A stretch of 64,000 bases of DNA, from assembly GCA_964036045.1 (NCBI GenBank), contig OZ038378.1, positions 200,384,001 through 200,448,000 on the forward strand. Direction: 5' to 3'. Source of the DNA: Eutreptiella sp. 'Long Island Sound 2002'. Taxonomy: Eukaryota; Protista; Euglenida. The notes beneath the pieces are model-generated. The model was not told where the DNA came from and did not search any database. It saw only the letters and a program-made list of their open reading frames with translations. Of this stretch, positions 13,065-24,850 are shown piece by piece. Numbering within the stretch: position 1 is the stretch's first letter; every line of letters begins with the position of its first letter. The position numbers were made by a program, and so were the translations under genes.

Positions 13065-13390
13065 TGGACGCGTACGTGTTGAAATCTCAACACGTACGCG
13101 CAGGTTTTCTCTTTGTTGGAAATTTATCATTTTTCATGGAAAATTCATGTGTGGGGTATCACCTTACCCAACCCAACCCCTTTTTGCACTTCCCCTGCAC
13201 CACTGGGTGCCCCTGCAGACGTTGCCGACCGTAGGTCGCCTTCTCCCTCCGCACAGTGTCCCGAAAACCATACTGAATTTCCCAAAACCTTGCTGTCAGA
13301 CTGTCCTCTGACACGTACGTGTTAGCAGTGCAACGCGTACGCGTTTGGTGCGCGGCGCGTACGTGTTGGTGTTTCGACGCGTACGCATTA
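13065..13390. repeat. Cluster of ACGCGT/CGTACG palindromic motifs (cluster 1)
   Basis: Repeated acgcgtacg / cacgtacgt / aacacgtacgcg at 13065-13100 and 13310-13390. Confidence 0.7.
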
Positions 13391-13644
13391 GTACCCACGA
13401 CGGACGTGGAGGACTTACCCCATGGGGCGCAACCAACAAACACAGGCGCTGAAGATAGGCAATCAAATGCGATCACCACCTGCCCTTCATTTTTTTAGCA
13501 ATAAGGCCTACCGAGGGCTGGTCTGTTGTGGCTGTCCCAGCGTGGGCTGGGCTGGTCTTGTTGGAGCCACCATCCATGTGCCGGAGGCTGTTCTACGACG
13601 ATGTGGCTGGTGCTAGGCTGGAGCTATTGTTGGAGTTGGCCAGG

Positions 13645-13707
13645 CCAGGGTTCGAACCAAGGAGCCCCGCCGCCGGAGTCTACGCCCATAACCACTCATC
13701 CATAGAC
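13645..13707 (-). ncRNA. tRNA-like Pol III head (SINE or tRNA pseudogene)
   Basis: The minus strand has A-box-like TGGATGAGTGG and B-box GGTTCGAACCC at tRNA spacing. The anticodon stem does not pair. Confidence 0.5.
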
Positions 13708-13905
13708 GAACGTTGCTCAGTTTGGTTGCGTTAAACCTGAACCACCCCTCCCTTGCAAAGGGCATCACTGCACCACAACAGCATGTTGAATGCAAAGTGC
13801 ATTGAGGACGAAGTATACTTGCCCAAAGCAATTCAATGGAATCCCAAATCAAATATCATACACAACAGCTGAAACACCATACAGACTGCTAAGGAGCATT
13901 GGCCC

Positions 13906-15576
13906 CTAATACGTTTTGGGTTCCTTCACGTGTGGTTGTTGTGTCCATGCACGCACCCATACATCCCACCCCCTCTTTAACAAACCCCAATCTAGATTAT
14001 CATTTTTTATAACTTCCCTCCACCCTTTCACGAAAACTTGCCTCACCAATCTACCTTTCCGTCCCCGTACCCCCCCTTTTACTTTCATTGCCCCCCCCTT
14101 GAAGCTCCTAAACCGAATCTCGTGTTTCAGAGTCTTGTGCCTTTCTTTTGCCTTGAAGGCAGCAAAGGCACCAAGGGCATGCCACTGCTTAGCAAACCCA
14201 AGCATGTGGTCAACCCAAAGGTGCACCCACAGGGTTTGCACCAATTGGCACCTTTTGTGATGCATTGCCATTTGCGATAGCACATTTTTTAGGGTGTGAA
14301 TTTCTTGGGCTCCTAAGACACCCTCCTTTTTGGCAATGGTTGCACTTTTGTGCAAACAGTCCCACCACCAATCAAAATTTTGCGCCCATGTGTGTCCCCC
14401 TTCCATGACATGTTGCAAGAGACCTTCATTGTTCAGGTCTACAATGAGGGGACCCCAGGCCTTTGTTGAAACAAATAGAATTGCTGCGCTCTGTTCACAA
14501 CGGAGTGATGGTTTTTCACCCCCTTGCCCTGCGATGTCTTGAGGTGCAACACTGTGTGAGGCAACCCTGCAAGCATTTACATGGGTCTGCACCCATGCAA
14601 CAGCGCGCCTCTTCGTGAAGCGATGGTGCTGTACAAGAGCCCTCCAACACCCATCGAGGCCAACGTGAGTAACACGTGTCACCCCATGCAATGCATAGTC
14701 GGGAGGCCTTTACTTGGGCAAAATGCTAAGTAGCACCTGCCCGTACCAGGTCCAGTGTGACAGAATGGGTGAAAGTCCCTTCCCAAAGTCGCGATCGCAA
14801 CGTGCCCTGCATTTTCCACATACCCAACACACCGGGTCTACACTGGTGCAGTTCCATCTTTTGATGCTTGCCATTGCCTGTTGTGCCACGACATCTGCAA
14901 CCAGGAAGATATTGGGTTTTTCCATGTAACGCCCTTGTACTTCATACTTTGTGTTTAGGGCCTCTTGCACCTGCACATCCATTTTGCTAACCCTTGTGAG
15001 TGATCGTACCACAGCACGTTTTTCAGAGCCGTGTAAAATGCACCAACTACCAAGCGGGTTACCCGATCCAAGCACTCCGAGCATAAAATGCTCGAAGTGC
15101 CGCTTGTGTAGTTGTGTACCATCCACACAAAGGCGTACCCAGAGGTCCGGGTACAATTTTCCCTTACGGGCGGCCATCAAGAGTCCCAGTTTCTCCCTCA
15201 AATTTGCACCGGCCCCCAGCAATTTGTGGTCCCCGTCCATTGCATTGTAGTCAACTACTGGAGGTGCACTAAGTTCGTCCTTCACTCTTCTGACTTCATC
15301 CAGGGGGCATTTAATCCGGGACGTGGGGATGGAGTATTGTAGGGCCCGCCAGCTTTTGCCCTCTTTGCGGCAATCCCACAGGAGGGCCTCTACATGCCAC
15401 ATCTGGTTTTGGGGCATGGGCCCATCCGTCGTTTGCAAGATGAGGGTGGTCATGTTTTCGGCAGCTTGCATTTGCCAGGTTGGACCAAGAATTTCCGTGA
15501 CTGCCGTTTGCAGTTCGGCCATCCGTTCCCATCTCTTAGTCCTTCCCAGCTATTGGTACTCCTTGAATGGGGGCAT
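13906..15576 (-). mobile_element. RAG1/Transib-like DDE transposase pseudogene (557 codons, two in-frame stops)
   Basis: One frame from ATG 15576, broken only by TAG 15550-52 and TAA 14710-12. Motifs in RAG1-core order: VRLCVDGTQ (D), FLVADV (D), CWVC (Zn), PDYALHG, TLWVHLWVDH (HxxxxH) and LGAFAAFKAKERHK (catalytic-E region degenerate). Confidence 0.7.
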
Positions 15577-16213
15577 GTTCCTTGAGTGGCAGTTGCAAAA
15601 TTGCACAATCAAGTTGAGAGAAATGCCAATAGGTGTGGCATTGATATCGTCATTGCTGCATCTTGCTGACACATGCCCACCACACAAGATACGGAACCTC
15701 AGCATTAATGTGTGATCTTCATCATGTTAGCAGTCAGGCATTGGGCGTCAATTTTATATTTCGGAGCTGCAAGCGGTGACAGCAATGTGTGACCACATGG
15801 ACAGTTTGCACCGGGTTGATTGGTCGGCCGACGTTGATGCGGTTGTCGGTAACGTAGTGGTGCAACACATGAGGAGATTTGAAGCTGGATTTGCGGCACC
15901 CAATCTAACCCGAGCTGGCGGCAACATAGATAGGAGGTGCCCGAGAGACAAACCCTAACCACAATTCTAACTGCAGCAAGATTGTTCACCTGGTCATCTT
16001 GTCCTAACCCTAACCCTAGCAGATTCCCAAGCATGTGTGAACGAAGGAATCAAGCCGGTGCCACAATTGTTGTGGCTTGCAATGGAGTCTAAAATGGCAT
16101 TCCACCATTCCACCCTGGGGGGCAGCAACCCGTGTGATCCGCTTATCATTGATGGTTGAGTGAGGATGAGATTTAGGTAACTTTGGGTAACCCAATGTAA
16201 ATAAAAGAAACGA

Positions 16214-17001
16214 ATGACGTCGCGAATGGTTGCTTCGTGTGTCATTTCTGTTTTACTGATCCTGTCAGTGGTGTGCACGCCTGTACTTCTACTGTGTCAC
16301 AGGCGGCATCGTCCACTGGGGTTGTTACTTTCTCTCGTATTCACGGTATCGGTCATGACGATTTTACAGGGATTTATCTGGAGACATCTGGTCAGAGCGT
16401 TCGCTGGTGGTGTGACGGTGACAGAATGTTTACTAGACGCACTGTACCCCAGCCCCCTAATAGAAAGAGGAAAGGAGAGGGGTAAGGCCGACGTGCTAAG
16501 AATTGTCGACGTTGGTGGGGGTTGTTGCAACCTACGGTACACCATACAACGTTGTCTGGGAGACGATGATGGCGTGGAGTTGGTGGGACTAGAAACAGAC
16601 CCGATCCCAAAATGCAACAGATCGTCTACGTATGACGGGTGGCACATTCGTTACCCAGATCGGTACTTCGACGTTGGCTTTGTGGTGTTTGTGTTGCATC
16701 ACATCCCACACGCAACGTGCATCGTACGTGAGATGGCGCGTACGTGTCATCGGATTGTTATAGCGGAAGACGTACCCAGTGTACTCATGCATCGGTTGGC
16801 AATTGAGGTTCTCGATGGACTAGGGAATTGGGATTTTTTGCGCATCCGCACTCCAACAACACAGTTGATGGGTGGCACAGCATATTTGAAGACGCAATCC
16901 CGTACCCATATCGTGTGATACTGAACACGGCCTGGCAGGATACAGTGAGGGCGTCGGTTATGGTGCATGACATCTTTCAGATTGAGGTTGAACACGGATA
17001 A
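16214..17001 (+). pseudogene. Class I SAM-dependent methyltransferase (Methyltransf_11-like) with a hydrophobic N-terminus; 1-nt frameshift in poly-T near 16835
   Basis: Motif I 'IVDVGGG', then 'YDGWHIRYPDRYFDV', 'FVLHHIP' and 'IVIAED'. Restoring one T gives 'DFFAHPHSNNTVDGWHSIF' and an open frame to TAA at 16999-17001. Confidence 0.7.
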
Positions 17002-17214
17002 GCCTGACACACAAGGCAGCATTGATCGAAACTCATTGGCTCACACTACACTCCCGCACCGCACCACGTCCACCTCCTAGATGTTATTTTTCCTTGTGGA
17101 TGTTTTGATCCATATTGCAGACCTAGCTGTGCACTGGCAGTGGCAGTGGGCAACCCCCCCGCCCCCCCGCATACATGTAATTGCTAAGATCTGCCCCATT
17201 TTGTTCACATGTAT

Positions 17215-17390
17215 GCATACGCGTTATCGTACGCACTGATTTTGTAACGCGCATGAACCAGCGAACCAGCGTACGCGTTGCGATCTGAGTGCGTACGCGT
17301 TGTGATCTGCGTGTGTACGGGCTGGTATTTTGGCGCGTACGCGTTGGTATTTTAGCGCGTACGCACTCAGATTGCAACGCGTGCGCGCTG
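17215..17390. repeat. Cluster of ACGCGT/CGTACG palindromic motifs (cluster 2)
   Basis: Repeated gcgtacgcgttg units between the methyltransferase and the next ORF. Confidence 0.75.
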
Positions 17391-17962
17391 CCTGCGGTGC
17401 CCGTATGATGTCTGCAGTACTGGTGGTTGAGTTGTGTTCCTTTTGACGTGACAAAGAAAATCTTTTTCTTTGCTTCATGTGCGTCCTGCTTTTCTTAGTG
17501 CTTTTCTGCACCATATGCCCGGAAAAAAAAACCCGCAAAGAAGAAGGTGGCGAGGAAAGGCGCCGTGCCTGCCGCCGAAGCTGGGGCCATCGCAAAGAGG
17601 GCGCCGAGGACAAGTGAGGGTCGAGAGGTGGTGGTGGAACAGGAGGATTTTGAGGAGGAGGAGGAGGAGGATTTTGAGGTGGTGGCCGAAGGTAATAGGC
17701 CCGCCGAGATTGTGAAGCGGGCCTTGGAGGTCGGGGAGTTGGACGCGGATGAATCGGTGGACCGTTGGTTCACGGACACTCGTGAGGCAGGAGAAATTGC
17801 ACACGGTGTTCATGGTGTTGTTGTTGTTCGTTTAACGCTAGGTGACGAAGACCTTAAGGGTCTTCCGTAATTAACAAGTTCATGGCACGATGTTTTGCTT
17901 TTGGATGTGAATGCGCAAGCACTAGGTGTTATTGTTGTTGTTGATAGTCGTTCCGTTTTTGC

Positions 17963-19189
17963 ATGGCCAATGCCGATGCAATGCCCCACACCATTCTCCC
18001 TGCTGCTTTGTTTGAGTTTGTGGGTGAGCGTTTGCTCATGGTTTCCATTAGTATGAGTGTTGGTGAGCATGACGCACTCTTCACAACTATGAATGGCCGC
18101 TTGCGTAAGAGAGTTGCGAAGACCCTTACCCAAAAATATGCCTTGCTCAACGATGGTACCCTTTTCCCGGATCCCATTGACAGTGCCGTGGAGAGCAGTT
18201 GTCGCACGGACTCCTTTGTGCGGTACATGGGTTGTGCATCGGATGATTGGAATGAGCATGGCCCCATTCAATGCGTGCCCCCACCCCTTTCCGTAAAATA
18301 CCACCCCGATTGCTCGACGCCATATGTGTATGCAACCGCAGTTGAAGTTTTTGCAATGGATTACGATGCACCCACAACATTTCTTTGTGCTATGCCGTTG
18401 CCCTCAAATCCGTTGTTTCCCGCCCCAGCCGTTGAAAATGTGCATGGGTTTGCACATGCTGGTTACTTCATTGAACGAAATTCGTTTGATGCCAATATTG
18501 GCCAAGCGATTTTAAAAATTCACATTGCCCCCCGGGATTGGGAGGTTATTGCGTTGGAAGATGACACTTATGCAAGTGCCAACGTGGTTCGGAGACAAAC
18601 AAAACGGTCGTCGAAATGGTTGCCCGAGGATTTGCGCGCGCAAGTGTTGGGTGTGGTGACGCGCATTGTTGGTGTTGAGTGGAGTGCGTTGAAACCCGTG
18701 GATCTGAAATTGCTGCATTGTGCCCCATGCGACCCATGGGATGGGTATCAGCTGGTCCATTCAAATCACAACCTTATGGGTCCGCCTTGGATGAAGAATT
18801 GCATCCAAGTGTTTGTTCCCTTGGACAATGTTCGTCCCGAGTGTGCTTTGCAAGTCGGTGTGGGTTCACATCAAGTTGGGCAACATGAGTCCAATCGTTG
18901 GGATGTGTGTTCCGTGGAATTGGGTGACATCCTTCTTTTAAAAGGTTGCACCTTTCATCGTGGGGCGGGCGGTGGGGAAAAAGGGCGCTACACTTTGTTC
19001 ATCCCGTTTGTCCCTTTGGAGCATGCTGCCACCATGTCAAAGGTGCGTCTGGCTCGCCAATTGTATGCTCTTCCCCCTATGGTTCAAATTCTGAAAGATG
19101 CCAAAGGTGCTCCTATTCCTTGGGAATCTTTTACCCTTTTCGGCTCCGTTGCTTGTTCGGCGACGGCAAGCTGTCCCTTATTGTGGTGA
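17963..19189 (+). CDS. Intronless ORF with a C-terminal PhyH-like 2OG-Fe(II) oxygenase domain (HxD appears as HSN, so probably decayed)
   Basis: 'QLVHSNH...IQVFVPLDNV..LQVGVGSH..VELGDILLLKGCTFHRGAG...RYTLF'. Confidence 0.55.
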   Translation: MANADAMPHTILPAALFEFVGERLLMVSISMSVGEHDALFTTMNGRLRKRVAKTLTQKYALLNDGTLFPDPIDSAVESSCRTDSFVRYMGCASDDWNEHGPIQCVPPPLSVKYHPDCSTPYVYATAVEVFAMDYDAPTTFLCAMPLPSNPLFPAPAVENVHGFAHAGYFIERNSFDANIGQAILKIHIAPRDWEVIALEDDTYASANVVRRQTKRSSKWLPEDLRAQVLGVVTRIVGVEWSALKPVDLKLLHCAPCDPWDGYQLVHSNHNLMGPPWMKNCIQVFVPLDNVRPECALQVGVGSHQVGQHESNRWDVCSVELGDILLLKGCTFHRGAGGGEKGRYTLFIPFVPLEHAATMSKVRLARQLYALPPMVQILKDAKGAPIPWESFTLFGSVACSATASCPLLW

Positions 19190-19584
19190 TGTTGTGATTT
19201 TGGGCCATGGTGTGCAAGGTGCAACTTTCTTTTTCAACTGCCCCCCAGGCCCCGAGGAGCCACCGTCTTCCTTGGCTCGGTTTCACCGTTGGTACCTCCC
19301 CAAGCCGAGTTTTGCCGGCGGGACACGGTTTACGGTTGAGAAAGGTTTGTTGGTGTTCACGCTTGCCACGTGTGGTTGGACGTTGAGGCGGATGAGGATG
19401 CGCCGGCATGGATGGAGGGGGCAGCCATGGGGCATGCCCTGCATGTCGCGCCCGCTAGTGTTGCGGAGGCGATGGAGCAAAATTGGGTGGTGCAGCGGCC
19501 GACAGCGGGCGGCGGAGTGGAGTACTCACGTGGGTGCATGGACTATTGTGATAATTATGGGGAGGTATGTACTTCGTGAGCGAC

Positions 19585-19810
19585 ACATACGCACCGCGTA
19601 GTTATGGTGTACGTGCCTCGTACGCGTTACGTTTTTCGTGCGTACGTGTTGACTTGCCAACACGTACGCGTCGGCCAGGCAGACCGTACGTGTTGGGGTA
19701 GCAACATGTGGGGGTTGCCCGGGCGGATCGTACGTGTTGCCATACCAACACGTATGTGTTGCCCGAGTAGACCGTATGCGCTAATGTACCAACGCGTACG
19801 CGTTGCGTGT
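19585..19810. repeat. Cluster of ACGCGT/CGTACG palindromic motifs (cluster 3)
   Basis: cgtacgtgtt / aacacgtacg / acgcgtacgcgt units. Confidence 0.75.
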
Positions 19811-20852
19811 GCTGACCAGGCGTGCCATTTCACTGAGGTACACACCCAGTGTCACCATTACCCCTCCTCTCTTGCAGTTGCACGTGACCCCCTTCAAGTA
19901 CAAGGAGCGGCGCCCTTGGCCCTCTGAAGCACAAGTGCGCCCGACGCCTGGAGATGCGCGCCGGAAGGTGTTGAAGCCGAAGGGCCTCCTTCAGAGCCCC
20001 CTAGGCGCTCCACTGGTGGCCCCGGACCCTGAGTCGATAGGGACAATTCCAGAGCAACTGGTGCGGGTGAGTAAGGAGGAGGTTGTAGACAATGTCCATA
20101 TTGGGGATGTTGCCAAGTATAGTTTTTATGATCAAGTTATACTGCAGGCACGAACAAAGGAAGACAATGGTGCGGTCACATGGGCTGAGCCCGTGATGGT
20201 CCAGTTTGCCATGTGGATGAAGGGCATGCTATTGGAAGGGACCCAGCAGCAGTTTTTATTGGGGGGAATTTGTACCAGATTAAAGGGGACAGCCACAGTT
20301 ACGTGCAGACATGGCACGTGCACGGAGGGCAGCTCAAGCAGGCCAAGAGTGTTCGATGGTCAGGGGTGGCGGGTTACCTCCCAATCACTGACGCTGCTGT
20401 TGTTGCGGAGGTGGATGGGGCAATGGAGAGATGGAAGCTTCTCCTTGTGGGGAAGGTTGGGGGGAAGAGGGAGACGGAGACGAGAGCAGAGGAGGGCTAT
20501 GACACCGACCAATCGCGGCACGGTTCTCGTAGTCCCGTGCCAAGAAACCAAAGCTTGGTGCCAAGTAAGGGCCCTCGGTTACAAAGCCCACTGGGCCCAC
20601 CGCCTCCCCCTCAGCACCACTGCGTGAGCACCTCAAAGACACGGAGCAGCAGCTAAGGGCGAGAATTGAGGAACTTGAGAAGGTGCGCAAAGAGAGCCCA
20701 AGCACAGAAAGCTGCAGAGGACATGCTGAGGGAAGAGCGTGTAAAGTGGGAGGATGAGCGAAGAGAAAAGGACAATGAGATTAGGGACTTAAGAGAGAAG
20801 CTGCAGGATGCCTCTGTGAGGGCAAGCAAGAAAGGCGCAGCCAGCCCTGGCC

Positions 20853-21179
20853 TTGAGTGCCATTGTGACTGTTGGTGATTTTTCAGGTGGGGAGTTCTGT
20901 GTGGAAGAGGCGGGGCTCGTGCTCCCCACAGGGGGAACCCGCCCCTACACAGCGGCATGTGTTGCAGGGCCAGAGGGGTATGACAGGGTGGATGAGGATG
21001 GGGTGGCATTGGATGCCCGGAATGGGGTCGTTTTTTGCAGTGGTGCTTTGCACATGCCAGCCCCGTGGCTTGGTGAACGCTACGCAATGGTGTTTTTTAC
21101 CCAGGTCAGCCATGGCAAGGTGTCGTGGGAGGACTTGCTGCTGCTGCAGAGGCTTGGGTTTAGGCTGTGTGCTGGGTAG
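20853..21179 (+). pseudogene. C-terminal half of a 2OG-Fe(II) oxygenase with a TET/JBP-like signature
   Basis: 'SAIVTVGDFSGGEF..VVFCSGALHMPAPWLGERYAMVFF' supplies the distal H and R. The HxD half is not visible in frame. Confidence 0.5.
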
Positions 21180-21204
21180 CATGTGCAATGGGTGCAGTGT
21201 GCGT

Positions 21205-21480
21205 CAACACGCACACGTTGTGGAAGGGACGCGCACGCGTTGGAGTGCGGGGTGCGCACGCGTGACGGTGTTGCATCGTACGCGTTGCTGTGCTGGCGCG
21301 CACGCGCTGGGTTCATGACACGTATGATTCGCAGTTCTGGCGCGTACACGTTGGGTTCATGAAACGTACGATTCGTTGTTGTGGAACGTACGCATTAAAA
21401 ATGAACCGCATAGGCGTTGCTGTGCCAACTCGTACGCGCACAAAAACGTGTTGAGTGTTGCATTGGTGCCTCTACGTGCG
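21205..21480. repeat. Cluster of ACGCGT/CGTACG palindromic motifs (cluster 4, more degenerate)
   Basis: gcgcacgcgt / cgtacgcg / gaaacgtacg units after the oxygenase fragment. Confidence 0.65.
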
Positions 21481-24400
21481 AACCTTGTTGTGTCCATGCA
21501 CCCCCCCCCTTGTTGTCTTTCCCTAGGGTTTTTTTCCCTCCTGCACACCAAGGAGACCTCCAATGGCATCTACTACGTATGCATCGTGCATAGTCAGACC
21601 CCAACACCCCGGGCTGACCATTGAGATGTCAAAGTGCAAACAGTGCAGGGAATGAAAGCCACGGAACAAATTGCAATACAGAGCACTGGGCATCCAGGGC
21701 GCACACCGTGGGTCAGCGCCCACACCCATGCAATAGCAATCTTGCATGACTATTTTCAGGTGTCTAAGTTGCCGCATGCGTGCCCATGGCAGCGCCACCG
21801 AATGATCCGGATCAGCGCCCCAACAATGGAACTTGCAGCACTCTCTGGGGTGAATGATGTTGTGTCCTGAAAAGTCCAATGACGAGTTCTCAATTTCAGC
21901 ATCCGATTCCAGTACGGCGGCCATTACATCCCCAACGTCACCACCACACAATTGACTATGTGCCATCTTCAGGTTCAGTGTCCTGGTTTTACCATTGCTG
22001 GCAATGCACCGTGATTGCCTTGTACAGATTTGCGGATGCTGCTGAAGGTCGAAAGCGCTGCCACAGCCAGTTGCTGCTCAAATGAATTGTGCTGGTGTGC
22101 ACATGCATAGCATTTACCAGAAGATGTAACATGATTGTGGTAAACTCCGTCCGCTGCTCTCTAGTAATTGCAAAAACCCACAGACGTAGTGTGAGAATGC
22201 GCGACTGGCAGATGGTGGCATACAGCAACTCCTAGTTTTGTCGCCACCACGATATTGTCTTAGGGGCACCAATCCCGATCTCAATACACATAGCCTGATG
22301 TTGAAGGTGAGAGAATTGTTTCCACACCAGACTAAGTAACAGGCCACAAGATGGTCCAAAGTCAGAGACAAGACACAATATGCATCCGGGTAAGTCTACC
22401 ACAGAGGACGAGAGCATTGAATAAAAAGGCACCTGAAAAGGTAAGATTGCGAGCAGGTCACTGATGCGTGAGTCTGTTCATGAAAGACAAGAGAGACGGT
22501 GAGATTTGAAGATTTCAACGTCGTCATTCGTGTGCTAAGCAGACGAACCTCGACGATGCCCAGCAAACGCCGGCGCTCATTGGCTCTACGGACAAACTAG
22601 TAAATAAAGATGCCACAATTCAGATATCTACCACCAGAGTTGATACATCGCTGGGGGCAAGAAAAAAATAGGAACGGGCACTGGGGCAAATTAGTTAAAG
22701 TGGTGCATGAACCATCATAAATGCAACCAACCGAGATCCCGTGGACGACGCACTCAGGGACAAAAATCTACACTGATTTCAAATGCTTCACCAAGCCTAG
22801 TTAACGCTCAGGGACGTGTGCCCGTGTGCCCGCAACGCCAAACACGCCTGCCCACCTGTGCCCCCGAAATACATTGCATGCCGACTTGAAGGTTACCAGA
22901 AAGGTAAATGTGTGCATGTGAAGCATGTGAAGCAGCACAATTCAATTTGGATTTCGTTCAACCAAAAGTGAAGACAAACAGTACAGCATGGTTGCCCTGG
23001 CTGTCTGAACAACTCGGCCCTGATCTGCTAAGCTACATTGATGCAATACCAAGCCTGTCTGAAGACACGAAAAGACCAGCATTATCCCGCATCCATCATG
23101 CACACCAGGTCCGCCAAAATGCGATCGTACACTACGCAATCCTCACCCTCGTCGTCAACTGGGTGCACACTGTTGTCCTCTTTCTCTTCCTGCTGCATCT
23201 CCATCCCATTCTCGTCCTTCTTCTGACCACAGAGCTCCAGATAGGTTGTGAGTACCCCACACGTGGCGAATGTGGCCATCATTTTGGTGTGCCATGCCCA
23301 ATTGCCGGGGTTACAATGCCTCGGTTTGAGGTAGGGTATGAGGACATGATTGTTAGGATTGTGATGAATGGCCCAAATTGTATGATTTGTCCACGTAATA
23401 CGACGGAACCAATACTGGAAGGTTTGCCAGTCTTCACGGTGACAAGCACGCACCAGCACCGCCATGATCTCATTTTGTGTCCGTGGTGCCTGATAATCAC
23501 TTTCATCGTATGGGAAGAAGAAGCATTCATCCTCGGCACAGTAGACTTGCAAGCTCATCCCGTTGCCATGGCTGGCTGCAAGGTAGACCACGCTGCGTCA
23601 AATTTCCACCGATTTGAGGAGGGCTTCTAGGAGTTGTATCACTGGGGAATTCCCTTTGTACATCGCCAGCGAAATAGCGATAGCGCTGCCAGTGGTGTCG
23701 TCATACACATATTGCAGAACCCCCATGGTGTTGTAGTGGAAGGTTTGAGAGTAGATGGTGATGCTGAACGGATGAATGATGTTCATGTGTGACGGCTGCA
23801 TGTACAGTAGCCCACACCACCCGTATTTGCTCAGGTGAAAGTGGCCATGGGGCAGATTGTCAACGATAATTATGTGCTGTGTCACACAACAGAGGAGTAA
23901 CGGGTACGTAGGTGGACACATTACACCATTACGCTACTATAAGATCTCATTCTCATTTGGCAGCGGCTTGATTCCTTCGTTCACACATGCCTAGGAATCT
24001 GCTTGCCTACAGCACGAATATCCACGGAGGCGCGCGTTTGCTCAAGACCGATTGCACGTTGCTGTACTGTATGACACCTCTTGCAGTGCGGTTCCGCAAA
24101 ACCTAATTATCCAAAAATCCACAGAGTATGTATGTATGGTCAATCATCATCATCATCATCATCATTAGCCCGATAATTGAGTAGAATTCGCTTGTCAGGT
24201 ACAGGTGGCCACTTCTCCCATTCCCCCAAAGCTTCTGTTGTCATTTCGCTGTCGTTATTATGTGTGGTTATTCCCCAATATTTGGACAGTTCACTATGGT
24301 TACTGATCACCATGCCAACATCGTTGACCTATTCGTGCACCATATCAGGCGGCCCCTCAACTGCTATGGAGTATTTCAATTCAGATGCATCCCAGATGTT

Positions 24401-24780
24401 TTTGTCCAGAGCTTCACTGAACATTTTCATTGCAATGGTGGTCTCCCTATGAATATTGGCAGTGTGTATATCAAATGTTTGTGATTTCCACATTGCCACT
24501 TGGTACCAGTGTTCGGCAACAATGTGGAGTGTGGCGGCGGCGCTCGGTGCCCCGACCTTAGGCCCGGCGGTCCCGGTGTCGGGGGCGTCCTTTCAGGACC
24601 AGTGCGGACACTAGAAGTGCCACTACCGTGCCGGCAGCTGGGCACCCCTCTGCCTGCACCGCTTGCAGTCACCGCCAGGGTAATTGACGGGCATCCATTC
24701 CCCTTGCCGGGTCTGCCACTGCAGGACCCCCCCCAACAACTCTGAACTTCACGCTTCCCCATGTTGGGATACAAGTATTC

Positions 24781-24850
24781 GATACAGCAGGATACGACAG
24801 GATACGGCAGGATACGGCAGGATACTGTAGGATACAGCAGGATACGGCAT
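24781..24850. repeat. 10-bp tandem repeat (GATACRGCAG)n, about 7 copies
   Basis: gatacagcag gatacgacag gatacggcag gatacggcag gatactgtag gatacagcag gatacggcat. Confidence 0.9.

Noticed and set aside
16003-16019. Interstitial telomere (CCCTAA)n
   Set aside because: Fewer than three units, too short to interpret.
17871-17965. rve integrase-like fragment ('VIVVVDSRSVFAW')
   Set aside because: A single short motif with no second D or E in frame.
21523-22200. Decayed F-box/LRR-like gene
   Set aside because: A few LxxLxL-like patches only. No regular repeat period or splice structure could be shown.
23082-23591. Ulp1-like protease in a 169-aa ORF
   Set aside because: Only a vague 'IHHNPNNH' resemblance, with no HW motif and no downstream Q-x(n)-C.
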